A DNA stretch of 64,000 nucleotides, taken from Octopus sinensis (lineage: Eukaryota). The stretch is taken from contig NC_042999.1 of NCBI RefSeq assembly GCF_006345805.1, forward strand, positions 20,150,001-20,214,000. The letters are read 5' to 3'. Position 1 is the first letter of the stretch; every line of letters starts with the position of its first letter. The notes under the pieces were generated by a model that was given only the letters and a program-made list of their open reading frames with translations, ran no database searches and had not been told where the DNA came from. Positions 27,281 to 40,019 of the stretch are shown here, piece by piece. The position numbers and the translations under genes were made by a program.

Positions 27281-27888
27281 CAGGGAGAGCTATTATTTGC
27301 AAGTTTGAAAATTTGAAATGCAAAAACAGATAGTAACATGAAAATATACAGCAAACCTTTTAATACGTGTGTCTCTTGTTTGTTCACTAAGTAGAAATGT
27401 GTACTCATTGGAAACGGAGCCTAATTGCTTACGAACATTGAAAATTGATCACTTTCCTTAATGTTATTGTTAGTTACAGCATATTTTTTTAAAACAGTTT
27501 CTGTTACAAAAAAGTGTGTGCATACACATATATATGTATGTATATATATGTGTGTGTGGATATATATAATATGTATGTATATGCATATGTGTGTATGTAT
27601 GTGTGTATGTTTTATATATATTTATATACATATACATATATGTATACATATATATACACATACACACATATATATGTATATATATATATATGTATGTATA
27701 TATTTATTTATATCTTTATGTATCTGTATATATATTTTCGTCTGTGTGTATATACAAATATTTCTATCTATGTGTGTGTGTTTATATATTTGTATGTATA
27801 TAGGTGTGTATATATAATCAGAACAAATGTATGTGTGTGTGTGTGTGCATTTGTATGTGTGTTTGTATATATATATATATATATATAT

Positions 27889-29491
27889 AAGACAGGGAAA
27901 GCCCCAGGCCCATCAGGAATCACTGCAGAGATGCTCAAAATGTTTGGTAGTGTCGGCTATAGCCTAGTCACCCGTATAGTTAATCAGGTGATACACAAAG
28001 GGATCATACCCAATGACTGGTGTAGCAGTATAATAGTCAACTGCTACAAAGGTAAAGGTGATGCCCTAGATACAAATAACTACAGAGGTATCAAGCTGTT
28101 GGACCAGGTGATGAAGGTTACGGAGAGGGTCATAGCCCAACTAATTAGAGAGAGAGTTAGTTTAGATGAGATGCAGTTTGGGTTTGTGCCAGGGAAAAGT
28201 ACTACTGATGCTATATTCCTGGTAAGGCAGCTGCAGGAGAAATACCTAGCCAAAGATAAGCCCCTGTACCTGGCTTTTGTTGACATGGAGAAAGCCTTCG
28301 ACAGGGTCCCCCGATCCCTTATCTGGTGGGCAATGAGGAAACTAGGGATAGATGAATGGTTAGTGAGAGCTGTGCGGGCCATGTACAGGGACACCGCTAG
28401 TAGGGTGAGGGTTGGAAATGTGTACAGTGAAGAATTCCGGGTAGAGGTAGGAGTCCACCAAGGCTCAGTACTCAGCCCCCTCCTATTTATCATAGTCCTC
28501 CAGGCAATAACGGAGGAATTCAAGACAGGATGCCCTTGGGAGCTCCTCTATGCTGATGACCTTGCTCTAATTGCTGAGTCGCTATCAGAACTGGAGGAGA
28601 AGTTTCAGGTGTGGAAACAAGGATTAGAATCGAAGGGCCTCAGAGTCAATCTAGCTAAAACCAAAGTCGTAATCAGTAGGAAGGTAGACAAATCACAAAC
28701 ACCTTCAGGTAGATGGCCCTGCTCGATCTGTAGAAAAGGTGTAGGTAGAAACTCTATAAGATGCACCAAGTGTAAGCTATGGACACATAAGAGATGCAGC
28801 AATGTCAAAGGAAGGCTAACTAGGAAGATGGTTTTTGTATGTGGCAGATGCTCAGGAACAATAAACACTGAAAATGCTCTGAGACCAACTTCCGTCACTT
28901 TCCAGGGAGAAAAACTAGAAATAGTTGATAGTTTCCGTTACCTAGGTGACCGGGGGCGGGTGTGCTGAAAGTGTAACTGCTAGAGTAAGAATAGCTTGGG
29001 CAAAGTTCAGAGAGCTCTTACCTCTACTGGTGACAAAAGGCCTCTCGCACAGAGTGAAAGGCAGACTGTATGATGCGTGTGTACGAACAGCCATGCTACA
29101 TGGCAGTGAAACATGGGCCGTGACTGCTGAGGATATGCGTAAGCTCGCTAGAAATGAAGCCAGTATGCTCCGATGGATGTGTAATGCCGGTACTCACACT
29201 CGGCAGAGTGTAAGTACCTTGAGAGAAAAGCTGGACCTAAGAAGCATCAGTTGTGGTGTGCAAGAGAGACGTTTGCCCTGGTATGGTCATGTGGCAAGAA
29301 TGGATGAAGATAGTTGTGTGAAAAAGTGCCACACCCTAGCGGTGAGAGAACCTGGAAGAGGCAGACCCAGGAAAACCTGGGACGAGGTGGTGAAGCACGA
29401 CCTTCGAACTTTAGGTCTCACTGAGGAAATGACTAGAGACCGAGACCTCTGGAAGTGTGCTGTGCGCGAGAAGACCCGGCAGGACAAGTGA
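27889..29491 (+). pseudogene. RTE-clade LINE ORF, 5'-truncated reverse transcriptase with one frameshift near 28950
   Basis: KGKGD..NYRGIKLL, QFGFVPGKSTTDAIF, FVDMEKAFDRV, GVHQGSVLSPLLF, LLYADD (28549-28560), FRYLG, LHGSETW, WYGHVARM, GRGRPRKTW; short deletion relative to the 58330-58608 copy. Confidence 0.95.
28720..28851 (+). other. C4HC3 PHD-type zinc finger embedded in the RT ORF
   Basis: C-x2-C-x10-C-x2-C-x4-H-x2-C-x14-C-x2-C (CSIC..CTKC KLWT H KR C..CGRC) between the KTK and FRYLG motifs. Confidence 0.8.
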
Positions 29492-30045
29492 GTCCATAAC
29501 CCGTGGCCTTCTACATGGGATGGAGCCAGCCTACGTATGCATACCTTCTCTTCTTGGGACACAAAACTCTACTTGCTACCAGTGCCGGTGGCATGTCAAA
29601 ACTCTGCTTGTGAAGACCCGTTGAGGCAAGTGACGATCAGAATCGAAATCGATCAATGGAAATCGATCAATGGAAAGTGCAGATGTGTTACCAGTGCCGG
29701 TGGCATGTAAGAGAACTTTCCGTTTCGCGACCGTTGCCAGCACCGCCCCGTTTCGTGTCCGTTGCCAGCCTCGCCTGGCCCTCGTGCCGGTGGCACATAA
29801 AAAGCACCATCCGTTCGTGGCCGTTTGCCAGCTCTGTCTGGCACCAGTGCGGGTGGCACGTAAAAAGCACCCACTACACTCACGGAGTGGTTGGCGTTAG
29901 GAAGGGCATCCAGCCGTAGAAACACTGCCAGATTTGACTGGGCCTGATGAAGCCTTCTGGCTTCACAGACCCCAGTAGAACCGTCCAACCCATGCTAGCA
30001 TGGAAAACGGACGCTAAACGATGATGATGATGATGATGATGCTGA
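29492..30045 (+). mobile_element. 3' UTR of the RTE LINE, source of the many short GAT-tailed copies
   Basis: Contiguous with the ORF stop; contains CCAGTGCCGGTGGCACGTAAAAAGCACC repeats and a (GAT)n tail. Confidence 0.9.
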
Positions 30046-30180
30046 TATGTATATTTATATACAAGTGTGTGTGTGCATGTGCATTTATGTATATACATCT
30101 ATCGTTTTATAACTATATGTGTTATGTGTGTGTGTATATGGATATCTATCTATCGATATATATCTTTATCTATCTATATT

Positions 30181-30217
<37 letters not shown>

Positions 30218-31744
30218 ATATATATATATATATATTTATATATGTATGTATATATGTATGTATATATATTATATATATATATATGTTTGTATGTATGTTT
30301 GTATGTGTGTGTGCATGTGTGTGTGTGTGATCATGTGTAAGGCATGTATCTAATTAGTTTGATTGTAAGAACTAAGTCCACTTTTGCCACACTTATCCTT
30401 CGTAACCATCAATATTTTTTGTGTGTAACATAACGCCATTTTAATCGGATGTTTACTGCAAATAACTCTGCGAGATTGCAGTAGACAGTAGTAACCTACT
30501 TAGAACCACCATTTCTTACAAACTTACTAATCAGATCAATCTAGAAGTAGGAAAAAAACTAAAAAAAAAAAACTAGGGAAGATTCATACCATTACAGTAC
30601 TTTTATTTCTTTTGTATTTTTTATTTATTATATTTTCCTTTTTTTTTTTCAATTTTTAATTTTTGTTTTTGTTTTTTTTTTCATCACAGAAATTTGAAGA
30701 GTCATATTTTTCTTTATTTTCCTGTCATTTTTTTCCTTGTTTTTTTTTTGTTATATTTTTTTTTATATATATGTTGTTTTTTTTGTTTTTTGTTGTTGTT
30801 TTTTTTTCAGTAAACAAATAAACATTGTTTTAGAATAATTCCTTGGAGAATGTGCAGAATCAATTTAATCAATTTGAAAGTATTCCCGAAAACAAAGACT
30901 AATTGTTTGGAAATTTCAGATAAGAAAAACAAAGAAAACAAAACAAAATAATAAATAAAAACAAAGGGTGGACTGGAGGGGGAGTGGGTTCAAAGAAAAA
31001 AAAAATACACCAGTAAGACAAAGAAATTATTCTTTCACAAACTCAATGCAATTTCACAATGCATTTTATATTATATTGTTTAAATATATTAAATTATAGT
31101 AAATTAATTTATGTTGTGTAGTATTATTTGATACAGGATAGTAGTGGTGGTCTGTTAAAATGAGAGAAAAGGAGGATCATGATTAGAATAAATAAGTATG
31201 TAAATAAATAAACAAATAAATAAATATATAAATAAATATATAGAACTAATCACGCAACAAAAAAATTTTCATCTAATTACCTCCCTTAGAATTGCGTGTT
31301 AGATTCGCACAAAATGGACTGCATTGAATTTGTTCGGCATTAAATTATATTTCTTTGTTTTTATTTATTTTTATTGTAATTACTCGGACATTTTATTGTA
31401 TTGGATTAAAACTTATGTCTATAATTTGAAATATTTCGAAAAAATTATATAAGTTATGGTATAATGATTAAATATGAGATATAGAATAATTATAATAAAC
31501 AAAAAAAAACCATAAAAGACTGCAATCAAATATTACCAAAAAAAATGTAATTTTTAACTGCAGCTCTAAAAGAACATACCTTGTATTGCAAAAATGTAAA
31601 TTCCAATTAGCAGGAACATGGAATATTTAGATTGATAGCATCATATAGAACATTTGGTTACATACCTTTCATTCTGAATGCAAAACTAGCTTCACCATTT
31701 AGTATTCAAACCTGCCTTTTTCTTAAATATTTGTTCCCTAACCA

Positions 31745-32000
31745 AAATATTTAAGAAAAAGTGGAAGTAGATTGGTAGCACAATTAGACACATCAAATGT
31801 AGCGAAAAGTACTTTACAGTGGAATCCGGATGGATATAGAAAAAGAGGTAGGCCTAAGAACTCGTGGCGTAGATCAACACAAAAGGAACTAGAGAAAGGG
31901 GGACATTCATGGCAGAATATAAGTACAGAAGCCAAAAATTATGCGACATGGAATTCAACTAAAAGTGGCCTATACTCCATGTAGGAGGGTTAAAGGCAGA
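31745..32000 (+). pseudogene. 3' fragment of a second RTE-like family
   Basis: LQWNPDGYRKRGRPKNSWRRS, typical RTE C-terminus. Confidence 0.75.
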
Positions 32001-32149
32001 AAAAAAAATTCAACCTGCCTTATCCAACCAGAATATTCTACATGTTTTATGTTCAAACTGGTCAGATCTAGCTTTTCATACCTACACTACAATGTCTTTC
32101 TAAATATATGCAATCACAACATTGAAATCTCAAAGGCATGTAAAAAAAA

Positions 32150-32770
32150 AGCAACTGACCTCGCCTGTGTAAGTGCCATGTAAAAAAGCACTTAGCCCAC
32201 TCTGTGGAATGGTTGGTGTTAGGAAGGGCATCCCGCAATAAAAACCATGCTAAAACTGACACAGAAGTATGGTGCAGGCTCCTGCCTGACCTGCTCCTGT
32301 TAAACCATCCAACTTGTGCCTGCATTTGAGATCCCCTTCAGTCACGACTCAGACCATGAGATTGCACCTAGAAAGTTACCCTCCCAGGCACAAGTCTGAG
32401 CAAAGTTGTTTATGGAAGACCAGCAGTCGCCTATGCATACCGGCCTCCCTTCTACACCCCACTAGTGTTATGCAAGGGAAAGGCAATGGCTGATACAGCT
32501 TGGCACCTGTGAGGTTGCAACTCATTTCTACAGCTGAGTGAACTGGAGCAATGTGAAATAAAGTGCCTTGCTCAAGAACACATGTGTACGTTTTATCAAT
32601 AAATGTGCAGAAGTTACAGATTAACTGAAGGGAACTTCTAGGCTCCTGAGTCACTCTGTAACTTCTGCTGATTTTTAATAAAAAATGTACATACATAGAT
32701 GCAGGCATGGCTGTGTAGTAAGAAGCTTGCTTTTGCAACCACATGGTTCCAGGTTCAGTCTCACTGCATT
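32150..32770. mobile_element. Old RTE-UTR-like fragment (+), SINE D (-, 32335-32590) and SINE A head (+, 32700-32770)
   Basis: Diverged consensus matches. Confidence 0.65.
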
Positions 32771-33114
32771 ACTTGGTGAATTTTCCATATCACATTATTA
32801 ATGTAACTTATTTCACAAAGAATTACATATATTAATACGATCCAGCAGCAGGTGCCTACTGGCACATCATCAGGTTAGAGGCTGCACATCTTGAGATTAT
32901 TACAAGGACAATATATATGTATACCTATATGTTTTATGTATGTTTCATGTAGATAAAGATATTTGTATAAATATGTATATATGTGTGTGGTGTGTGTGTG
33001 TATTTATGCATATATATATATATATATAATTATATATATATACAGATATATACATGCATACATACATACATACATACATAATACATACATACATACATAC
33101 ATACATACATTCAC

Positions 33115-33159
<45 letters not shown>

Positions 33160-33166
<7 letters not shown>

Positions 33167-33330
33167 GAAATTTATAGAAAAACAAAAGACGAATACAGGT
33201 GCATGAACAACAAGCAGGTGTATTAGTTTGACGCTCAGAAAAATTTAAAAGTTTTTGCTGTTTTGATCCTATGCTCTTCAGCAGAAAGAAATAAGAGAAA
33301 ATAAACAGAGAGAGAATGAAAAATACCTGT
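33160..33330 (-). mobile_element. (TA)n-flanked element related to 37977-38425, with decayed hammerhead-like motif
   Basis: Shares GACGCTCAGAAAAA; minus strand CTGCTGAAGAGC-ATAG-GATC-AAAAC. Confidence 0.45.
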
Positions 33331-33416
33331 ATATACATATATATACGTGTATATACATATATATACAAATATATATGTACATATGTGTATATATGCATAT
33401 ATATATATACGTACAT

Positions 33417-33448
<32 letters not shown>

Positions 33449-34021
33449 GCATATATATATATTTGTATATAGATACATGTATTTATACATATATTGATCA
33501 AATTGCTAGATAAAATTATATATTTACATATATGTATATACATACATATACATCATTACACACATATGCCAGTATACTTTCACACGCACATGTGTGTATG
33601 AAGAAAATTTGAAACAGTCAATATTAACTAGAGTAAATAAAATGTAATAAAATATGCTTGCAGCTTAACTAGTATTAGACATACCACCGGCTTCCCTATG
33701 TCTCTCTTCCTCTCTCTCTCTCTGTCTCTCTCTGTCTCTTTCTGTCTCTCTCTGTATATATATATGTGTGTGTGTTTTTATAGATATTTTATGAATTTCC
33801 ATTCGTTCATGCTCTGAATTCAGATTTTACTGTGGTTAGCTTAAAAATGTTATACCTTTAGTGTCAGTAAAACAAATACCCGTAATTAATGAACTATATT
33901 TATTGGCATGATGCCTAAGGAAGCAAAGAAATCATACATTAAATAATAGCATTGCAACACGCATAGTAAATCTGATAAACTGTATCTTTTTTTTATTATT
34001 TCGCTTTGTTTTGTTAAATAG

Positions 34022-34087
34022 ACATTCAAACATGCACCAAACCAAATGCGCAGAAATCAAATCAATCATACGAAAGAGATAACAATC
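34022..34087 (+). CDS. Candidate 66-nt internal exon of an unidentified host gene
   Basis: Pyrimidine tract TTTCGCTTTGTTTTGTTAAATAG acceptor, GTATGT donor, length divisible by 3, two of three frames open; no protein family recognised. Confidence 0.25.
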
Positions 34088-34830
34088 GTATGTAGAGAAG
34101 GCAGAGAAAAGATCAAGAATATAACAAATGTATAACGTCTCAATGTTAGGTACACAGAAATGAATGCACTGCAACAACAATAGCAAAAACACATGCATGT
34201 ATAGAAACGTACACAGAGAGAGACTTACATGTGTGTATGTATACATGTGAGCACATATGTTTATTTATACACACACATGCACACACACACACATATATAC
34301 ATATATACATACATATGTGTGCGTGCATGTATGTATATATATATTAGTATATATATATATATATATATGTGTATGTATATATATATATATATACATATAC
34401 ATATACGTATATATGTATATATATGTATGTATATATATGTATATATAGATATGTATATATATGTGGGTGTGTATATATATATGCATATATATATATACAT
34501 ACACACACATATATATATATATGCATGTATATGCACACGTACACATATATCTACGTGTATATATATATGTATATATATCTCTCTCTATATATATATGTAT
34601 GTATGTATACACATACATCCTTGTGGTGTGTTGATATGTTTCTCAGTATGTATGTATATGTATATACATATATGTATGTATATATATGTATGTGTGTGTG
34701 TATATATAATAAATCTCTGAACGAGATTGTATATATACTCGTATCTATACATATACAAATATATATACACACAGTGATTACTTATGCATGCATGTATATA
34801 TGTATGTGTATGTACATGGGCATGTGTCTT

Positions 34831-34872
<42 letters not shown>

Positions 34873-35509
34873 AGTATATATTTGTATATCTAAATATATA
34901 TGCATATACATACATATATAATAGCTATATGTATATATACAACTTCATTTTGTTGTATATATATATGCAGGCATATATACACACATATATATCTACACAT
35001 ACATCTATATGTGTGTATGTATATCAAAATCTCTCAATGAAGCTCGAAGCTGTACAGGTTTAATTATTAGAATGACTTAATGTTATATAAGTTGAAAACG
35101 GTTGAAAACATTCATTCTGCTTCTTCACTGGAGACTCCGTTCTTTGTTAGAGCTCCGCATGCTTGTAAATCCTGTACGTCGGTATGTATGTGTGTTGGAC
35201 CGATGCTTAAGTGTTGCTCTGGTATTTCGTATGGAAAAATAACAGACCTCATTAGTTTTACAATGAATAAGTTGTTGGCTCTCGTCTTTTGTTCTGAAAT
35301 CGGAAGATTTTTTTTTGTTTGTTTGTTTGTTTGTTTGTATGTGTGTGTGTTTCTTTGGTTTCTTTTTGTTTTTGTGTTATTTTTGTGTGTGTTTTTTTCA
35401 GTTTTTTTTTTGTTTTCCTCTCTCTCTATTGTATACAGAGCAAAACCTTTCCATCACTTCAAACGTTAATGGATATATATGCATAAGAGTCTACTGACTA
35501 AAAGCTCGA

Positions 35510-35690
35510 GTTGAATAATAACAATAATAATAAGAACAATAATAATAATAATAACAACAACAACAAAAATAATGATAATAATAATAATAATAATGATGAT
35601 GATAATGATAATGATATTATTAATAATAATAATAACAACAACAACAACAATAATAATAATAATGATGATGATGATAATGATAATGATAAT

Positions 35691-35721
<31 letters not shown>

Positions 35722-35865
35722 GTAATAATAACGACAATAATAATAATAATAAAAATAAAAATAATAATAACAATCATAATAATGATAATGATGATTATAA
35801 TAATAATAGTAATAAGTAGTAGTTGTAGTGGTAGCAGCAGCAGCAGCAGCAGTAGCAGTAGTAGT

Positions 35866-35896
<31 letters not shown>

Positions 35897-36215
35897 TATG
35901 TACTATGATTATTAATATTCTTATGAATATTATTATGATCATCACCACCACCACCACCGCCACCGCCACCACCACCATCACCATCATCATCATCGTCGTC
36001 TTCGTCATCATCGTCATCATCACTACCACCATCATCATCATAATCATCTTTAGTATTATTAAGGGTATTAATAATATCGTCATCATTATTATTCGGAGTG
36101 GTGGTGGTGGTTGTGGTGTTGTTGGTGTTATATTGCTGATGACTATGATGATGATGATGCAGATGATCACGATGACAATTCTGATGACGACGACGACGAC
36201 GACGACGACAACAAC

Positions 36216-36254
<39 letters not shown>

Positions 36255-36284
36255 ATTATGATGATGATGAAGATGACAATTCTA

Positions 36285-36315
<31 letters not shown>

Positions 36316-36350
36316 CGACGACGACGATGATGATGATGATGATGATGATT
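35510..36350. repeat. AAT / AGC / CAT / GAT microsatellite cluster
   Basis: Direct reading. Confidence 0.9.
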
Positions 36351-36722
36351 TCTTTAATATTATGAAGCATATACAGCATCACATTAGCCAGAAGACGCTG
36401 TCGAAACTATTCACTTCTAACAATATGTCAAAAGGCTTTTAGCATTAAGAAAAAGAGAGGGTGAAGGGTGGAGGAGACAGAGAAAGAAAGAGAGAAGAGA
36501 ATGAGGGAAGGCATTCCCACAGTCCAACGATTAGTAAATTTGTATATGACATAATGCAAACGAAGACATGTGCATAAGAGGTAGTGGGAGGAAGGGGAGG
36601 CAGACGAAGAGAAGGAGGAGGGAGTGATGGGGTGTGGGTGAATTGTTTGCTGTCAAAATTTCTAATTAGAGATTTATCTCACAATAAATGAGATCATTTT
36701 AGTTTTATTCTATGAATCTATC

Positions 36723-36773
<51 letters not shown>

Positions 36774-36786
36774 ATCTATCTATCTA

Positions 36787-36817
<31 letters not shown>

Positions 36818-36882
36818 CTGTCTGTCAGTCTGTCTGTATGTCTGTCTTTCTCTCTCTCTCTCTCTATCTATCTATATGTCTG

Positions 36883-36917
<35 letters not shown>

Positions 36918-37023
36918 GTCTGTCTATCTGTTTATCTATCTATCAATCTATCTATCTATCTGTCTGTCTATCTATCTGTCCATCTGTCTGTCTAACTATC
37001 TATCAATCTATATATATATATAT

Positions 37024-37111
<88 letters not shown>

Positions 37112-37169
37112 CTGTTTTTATCCATGTGTGTGTATATATATATTTAATTTATATGTATATAATTACATA

Positions 37170-37885
37170 CATATCATCATCATCATTTAAAGTCTGCTTT
37201 TCATGCTGGCATGAGTTGGATGGTTTGACTGGAGACTGGTGAGCCAGATGGCTGCACCAGGCTCCAATCTTGATCTGGCAGTGTTTCTACAGCTGGATGC
37301 CCTTCCCAAAGCCAACCACTCCGAGAGTGTAGTGGGTGCTTTTTATGTGCCACCAGCACGAGGGCCAGTCAGGTGCTACAGGCAACGGCCACGCTCTAAT
37401 GGTATTTTTACATGTTACCTGCACAGGAGCTAGTCCAGTGGCACTGGCAATGCACTCGCTTGAATGTTGTTTATCATGTACCACCGTCACAAGTGCCAGT
37501 AAGGTGAAGCTGGTAACAATCATGCTCGAATGGTGCTTTTTACATGTCACCGGCATGGGGGCCAGTTAGTGGCCCTGGCAACGATCACACTCGGAAGGTG
37601 CTCTTAGCACTCCACTAGCATGGATGCCAGTCGTGCGGTGCCGTCATTGAATTTGATTTCGATTTCACTTGCCTGAACACGTCTTTGCAAGCAGAGTTTA
37701 GTGTCCAATGAAAGAAAGGTACACTTAAGTGGGCTGGTTACACCCCTGGCACTTGGCTTGCCAGGTCTTCTCAAGCACAGCATATTTTCAATTGTCTCGG
37801 TCACTAGTCATTGCCTCGGTGAGGCCTAATATTCGAAAATCGTGCTTCACCACCTCATCCCAGATCTTCCTGGGTCTACATCTTC
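37170..37885 (-). mobile_element. RTE LINE 3' end (last ORF codons plus UTR)
   Basis: Minus strand GRCRPRKIWDEVVKHDFRILGLTEAMTSDRD followed by the UTR and GAT tail. Confidence 0.9.
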
Positions 37886-37925
37886 CATAGTATATATGTA
37901 TATAAATGTGTATATGTGTGGACAT

Positions 37926-37976
<51 letters not shown>

Positions 37977-37982
<6 letters not shown>

Positions 37983-38423
37983 TAATCCAAACCGAAAACA
38001 AAAAAGACAACAACGCAAGGAGGTGGAACAATTAAAGTATTATTAGGCGCTCAGAAAAAAAGGGAAGAAGGAGGGTATGACGTTTCGAGCAGAGCTCTTC
38101 GTCGGAAACATAGGAGAAAGAAAGATCCCGAGGTGGGAGGACAGAGGGAAAAAAAATGCAAGTGGTCTCACGAGGTCGACATACTGGAAATATATATATA
38201 TATATATATATAAAGTTAATCCAAACAGAAAACAAAAAAGACAACAACGCAAGGAGGTGGAACAATTAAAGTATTATTAGGCGCTCAGAAAAAAAGGGAA
38301 GAAGGAGGGTATGACGTTTCGAGCGGAGCTCTTCGTCGGAAACATAGGAGAAAGAAAGATCCCGAGGTGGGAGGACAGAGGGAAAAAAAATGCAAGTGGT
38401 CTCACGAGGTCGACATACTGGAA

Positions 38424-38425
<2 letters not shown>
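37977..38425 (-). mobile_element. Tandem dimer (234-bp period) of a (TA)n-bounded unit, each with a minimal hammerhead-like motif
   Basis: GTTAATCC at 37981 and 38215; near-identical units. Confidence 0.8.
38076..38109 (-). ncRNA. Minimal hammerhead-like motif, copy 1 (copy 2 at 38310-38343)
   Basis: GTTT-CCGACGA-A-GAGC(3 nt)GCTC-GAAAC-GTC-ATAC; U4C deviation, weak stem I. Confidence 0.45.
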
Positions 38426-38467
<42 letters not shown>

Positions 38468-38734
38468 TTATACATACATATCATTTTCATCATCATCATC
38501 ATCATCATGACTGTTATTAGCCTCAATATAAAGTTTCATTTTTTTTTTTGTGCTATTTTCTTGAACTCTTTGTTTCCTCCTTTCTGCAGATGAAAATATT
38601 GAATATTATCAAGAACATATCAAAATATTCAATTTTAGATATTTCAAATCAGTATAGATTTGGTTCTTTTGACTAAAATATAAATTCACTTGAATATCAA
38701 CTAGTTATGATTATAATGTCAGCAAGACCATCTA

Positions 38735-39670
38735 GGGTGGCAAGCTGGCAGAAACATTAGCACACCGGGTGAAATGCTTTGCGATATTTTGTCTGTCTTT
38801 ACGTTCTGGATTCAAATTTGGTTGAGGTCGACTTTGCCTTTCATCCTTTCGGGGTCAATAAATTAAATACCAGCTGCGAACAGGGGTCAATCTAATTGAC
38901 TGGCCCCCTCATTCAAAATTTCAAGACTCGTATCTAGAGTAGAAAAGAATATTATAGGCACAGGAGTGGCTGTGTGGTAAGTAGCTTGCTTACCAATCAC
39001 ATGGTTCCGGGTTCAGTCCCATTGCATGGCACCTTGGGCAAGTGTCTTCTACTATAGTCTCGGGCTGACCAAAGCCTTGTGAGTAGATTTGGTAGACAGA
39101 AACTGAAAGAAGCCTGTCGTATATATATATATAAATATATATATGCATGTGTGTGCATATGTTTGTGTGTGTGTGTCACCCAACATCGCTTGACAACTGA
39201 TGCTGGTGTATTTACGTTACCGTAACTTAGCAGTTCGACAAAACAAAAGAGACTGTTAGAATAAGTACTAGGCTTAAAAAGAATAAGTCTTGGGGTCAAT
39301 TTGCTCGACTAACGGCAGTTCCTCATCATGGTTGCAGTCAAATGACTGAAACAAGTAAAAGAGTAAGACCACAATCCAATACTTGAAAGAAGTAAAATAA
39401 AACATAATAAAACATAACAGAACTTGTACAATCCTTTAATTGCACCCAAGCAACTAGGCCCTACATGTAACGGAAAAAATTGGTTTGATTTATATTAAAC
39501 CAAAATTGATCTCCGTTTATATTAGTTTTAAATTTTGGCACAAGGTCAATGATTTTAAGGGAGGAGGAATTTATGTACATTGATCATAGTACGTAAGTGG
39601 TACTTATTTTATTGACCTTTAAAAAATGAAAGGCAAAGTCGACCTCTGCAGATATTTGAACTCAGAACAT
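38735..39670. mobile_element. SINE B (+, 38735-38950), SINE A (+, 38955-39365), SINE B fragment (-, 39520-39670)
   Basis: Consensus matches. Confidence 0.85.
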
Positions 39671-39689
39671 AAAGGTGGATTAAACATTA

Positions 39690-39850
39690 GTCTGTCGCAG
39701 GTGAGCTGCAAGATGCAGGATGAAAGAGTGAGAGAAAGTTGTGGCAGAAGTTCACCATTACCTTCTGCTGGAGCCATGTGGATCTTAGCTGCTTTGCTCA
39801 TAAACACACACATCGCCCAGTCTGAGATTCGAGCCCACGATCCCTCAACC
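39690..39850 (-). mobile_element. SINE family C fragment
   Basis: AAGAGTGAGAGAAAGTTGTGG is the reverse complement of the family C internal sequence; B-box remnant GAGATTCGAGCCC. Confidence 0.6.
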
Positions 39851-40019
39851 GGAAGGTACTTTTCAATGTTGTTATTATTATTATTATTATTAGTTTTTGA
39901 TGGAGTTTCTCTATATGTCTCCATTGAAGTCTAATGTTGACTCCGTACCGATTAGATAATACTGTCCTATATTTAAGAGATGAGGAATTATGTACATTAT
40001 TTACATTATTTACACTTCT

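Noticed and set aside
29940-29970. CTGATGA-AGCC-TTCT-GGCT hairpin resembling a hammerhead core
   Set aside because: No GAAA follows stem II, and other copies read CTGGTGCAGCC; the CTGATGA is a chance variant
31656-31685. Minus-strand CAG-AATGAAAG-GTATGT micro-exon-like pattern
   Set aside because: 8 nt is frame-shifting and such patterns are expected by chance in 64 kb of AT-rich DNA
35100-35310. Higher-complexity segment open in several frames on both strands
   Set aside because: No recognisable protein family and no convincing splice-site pair
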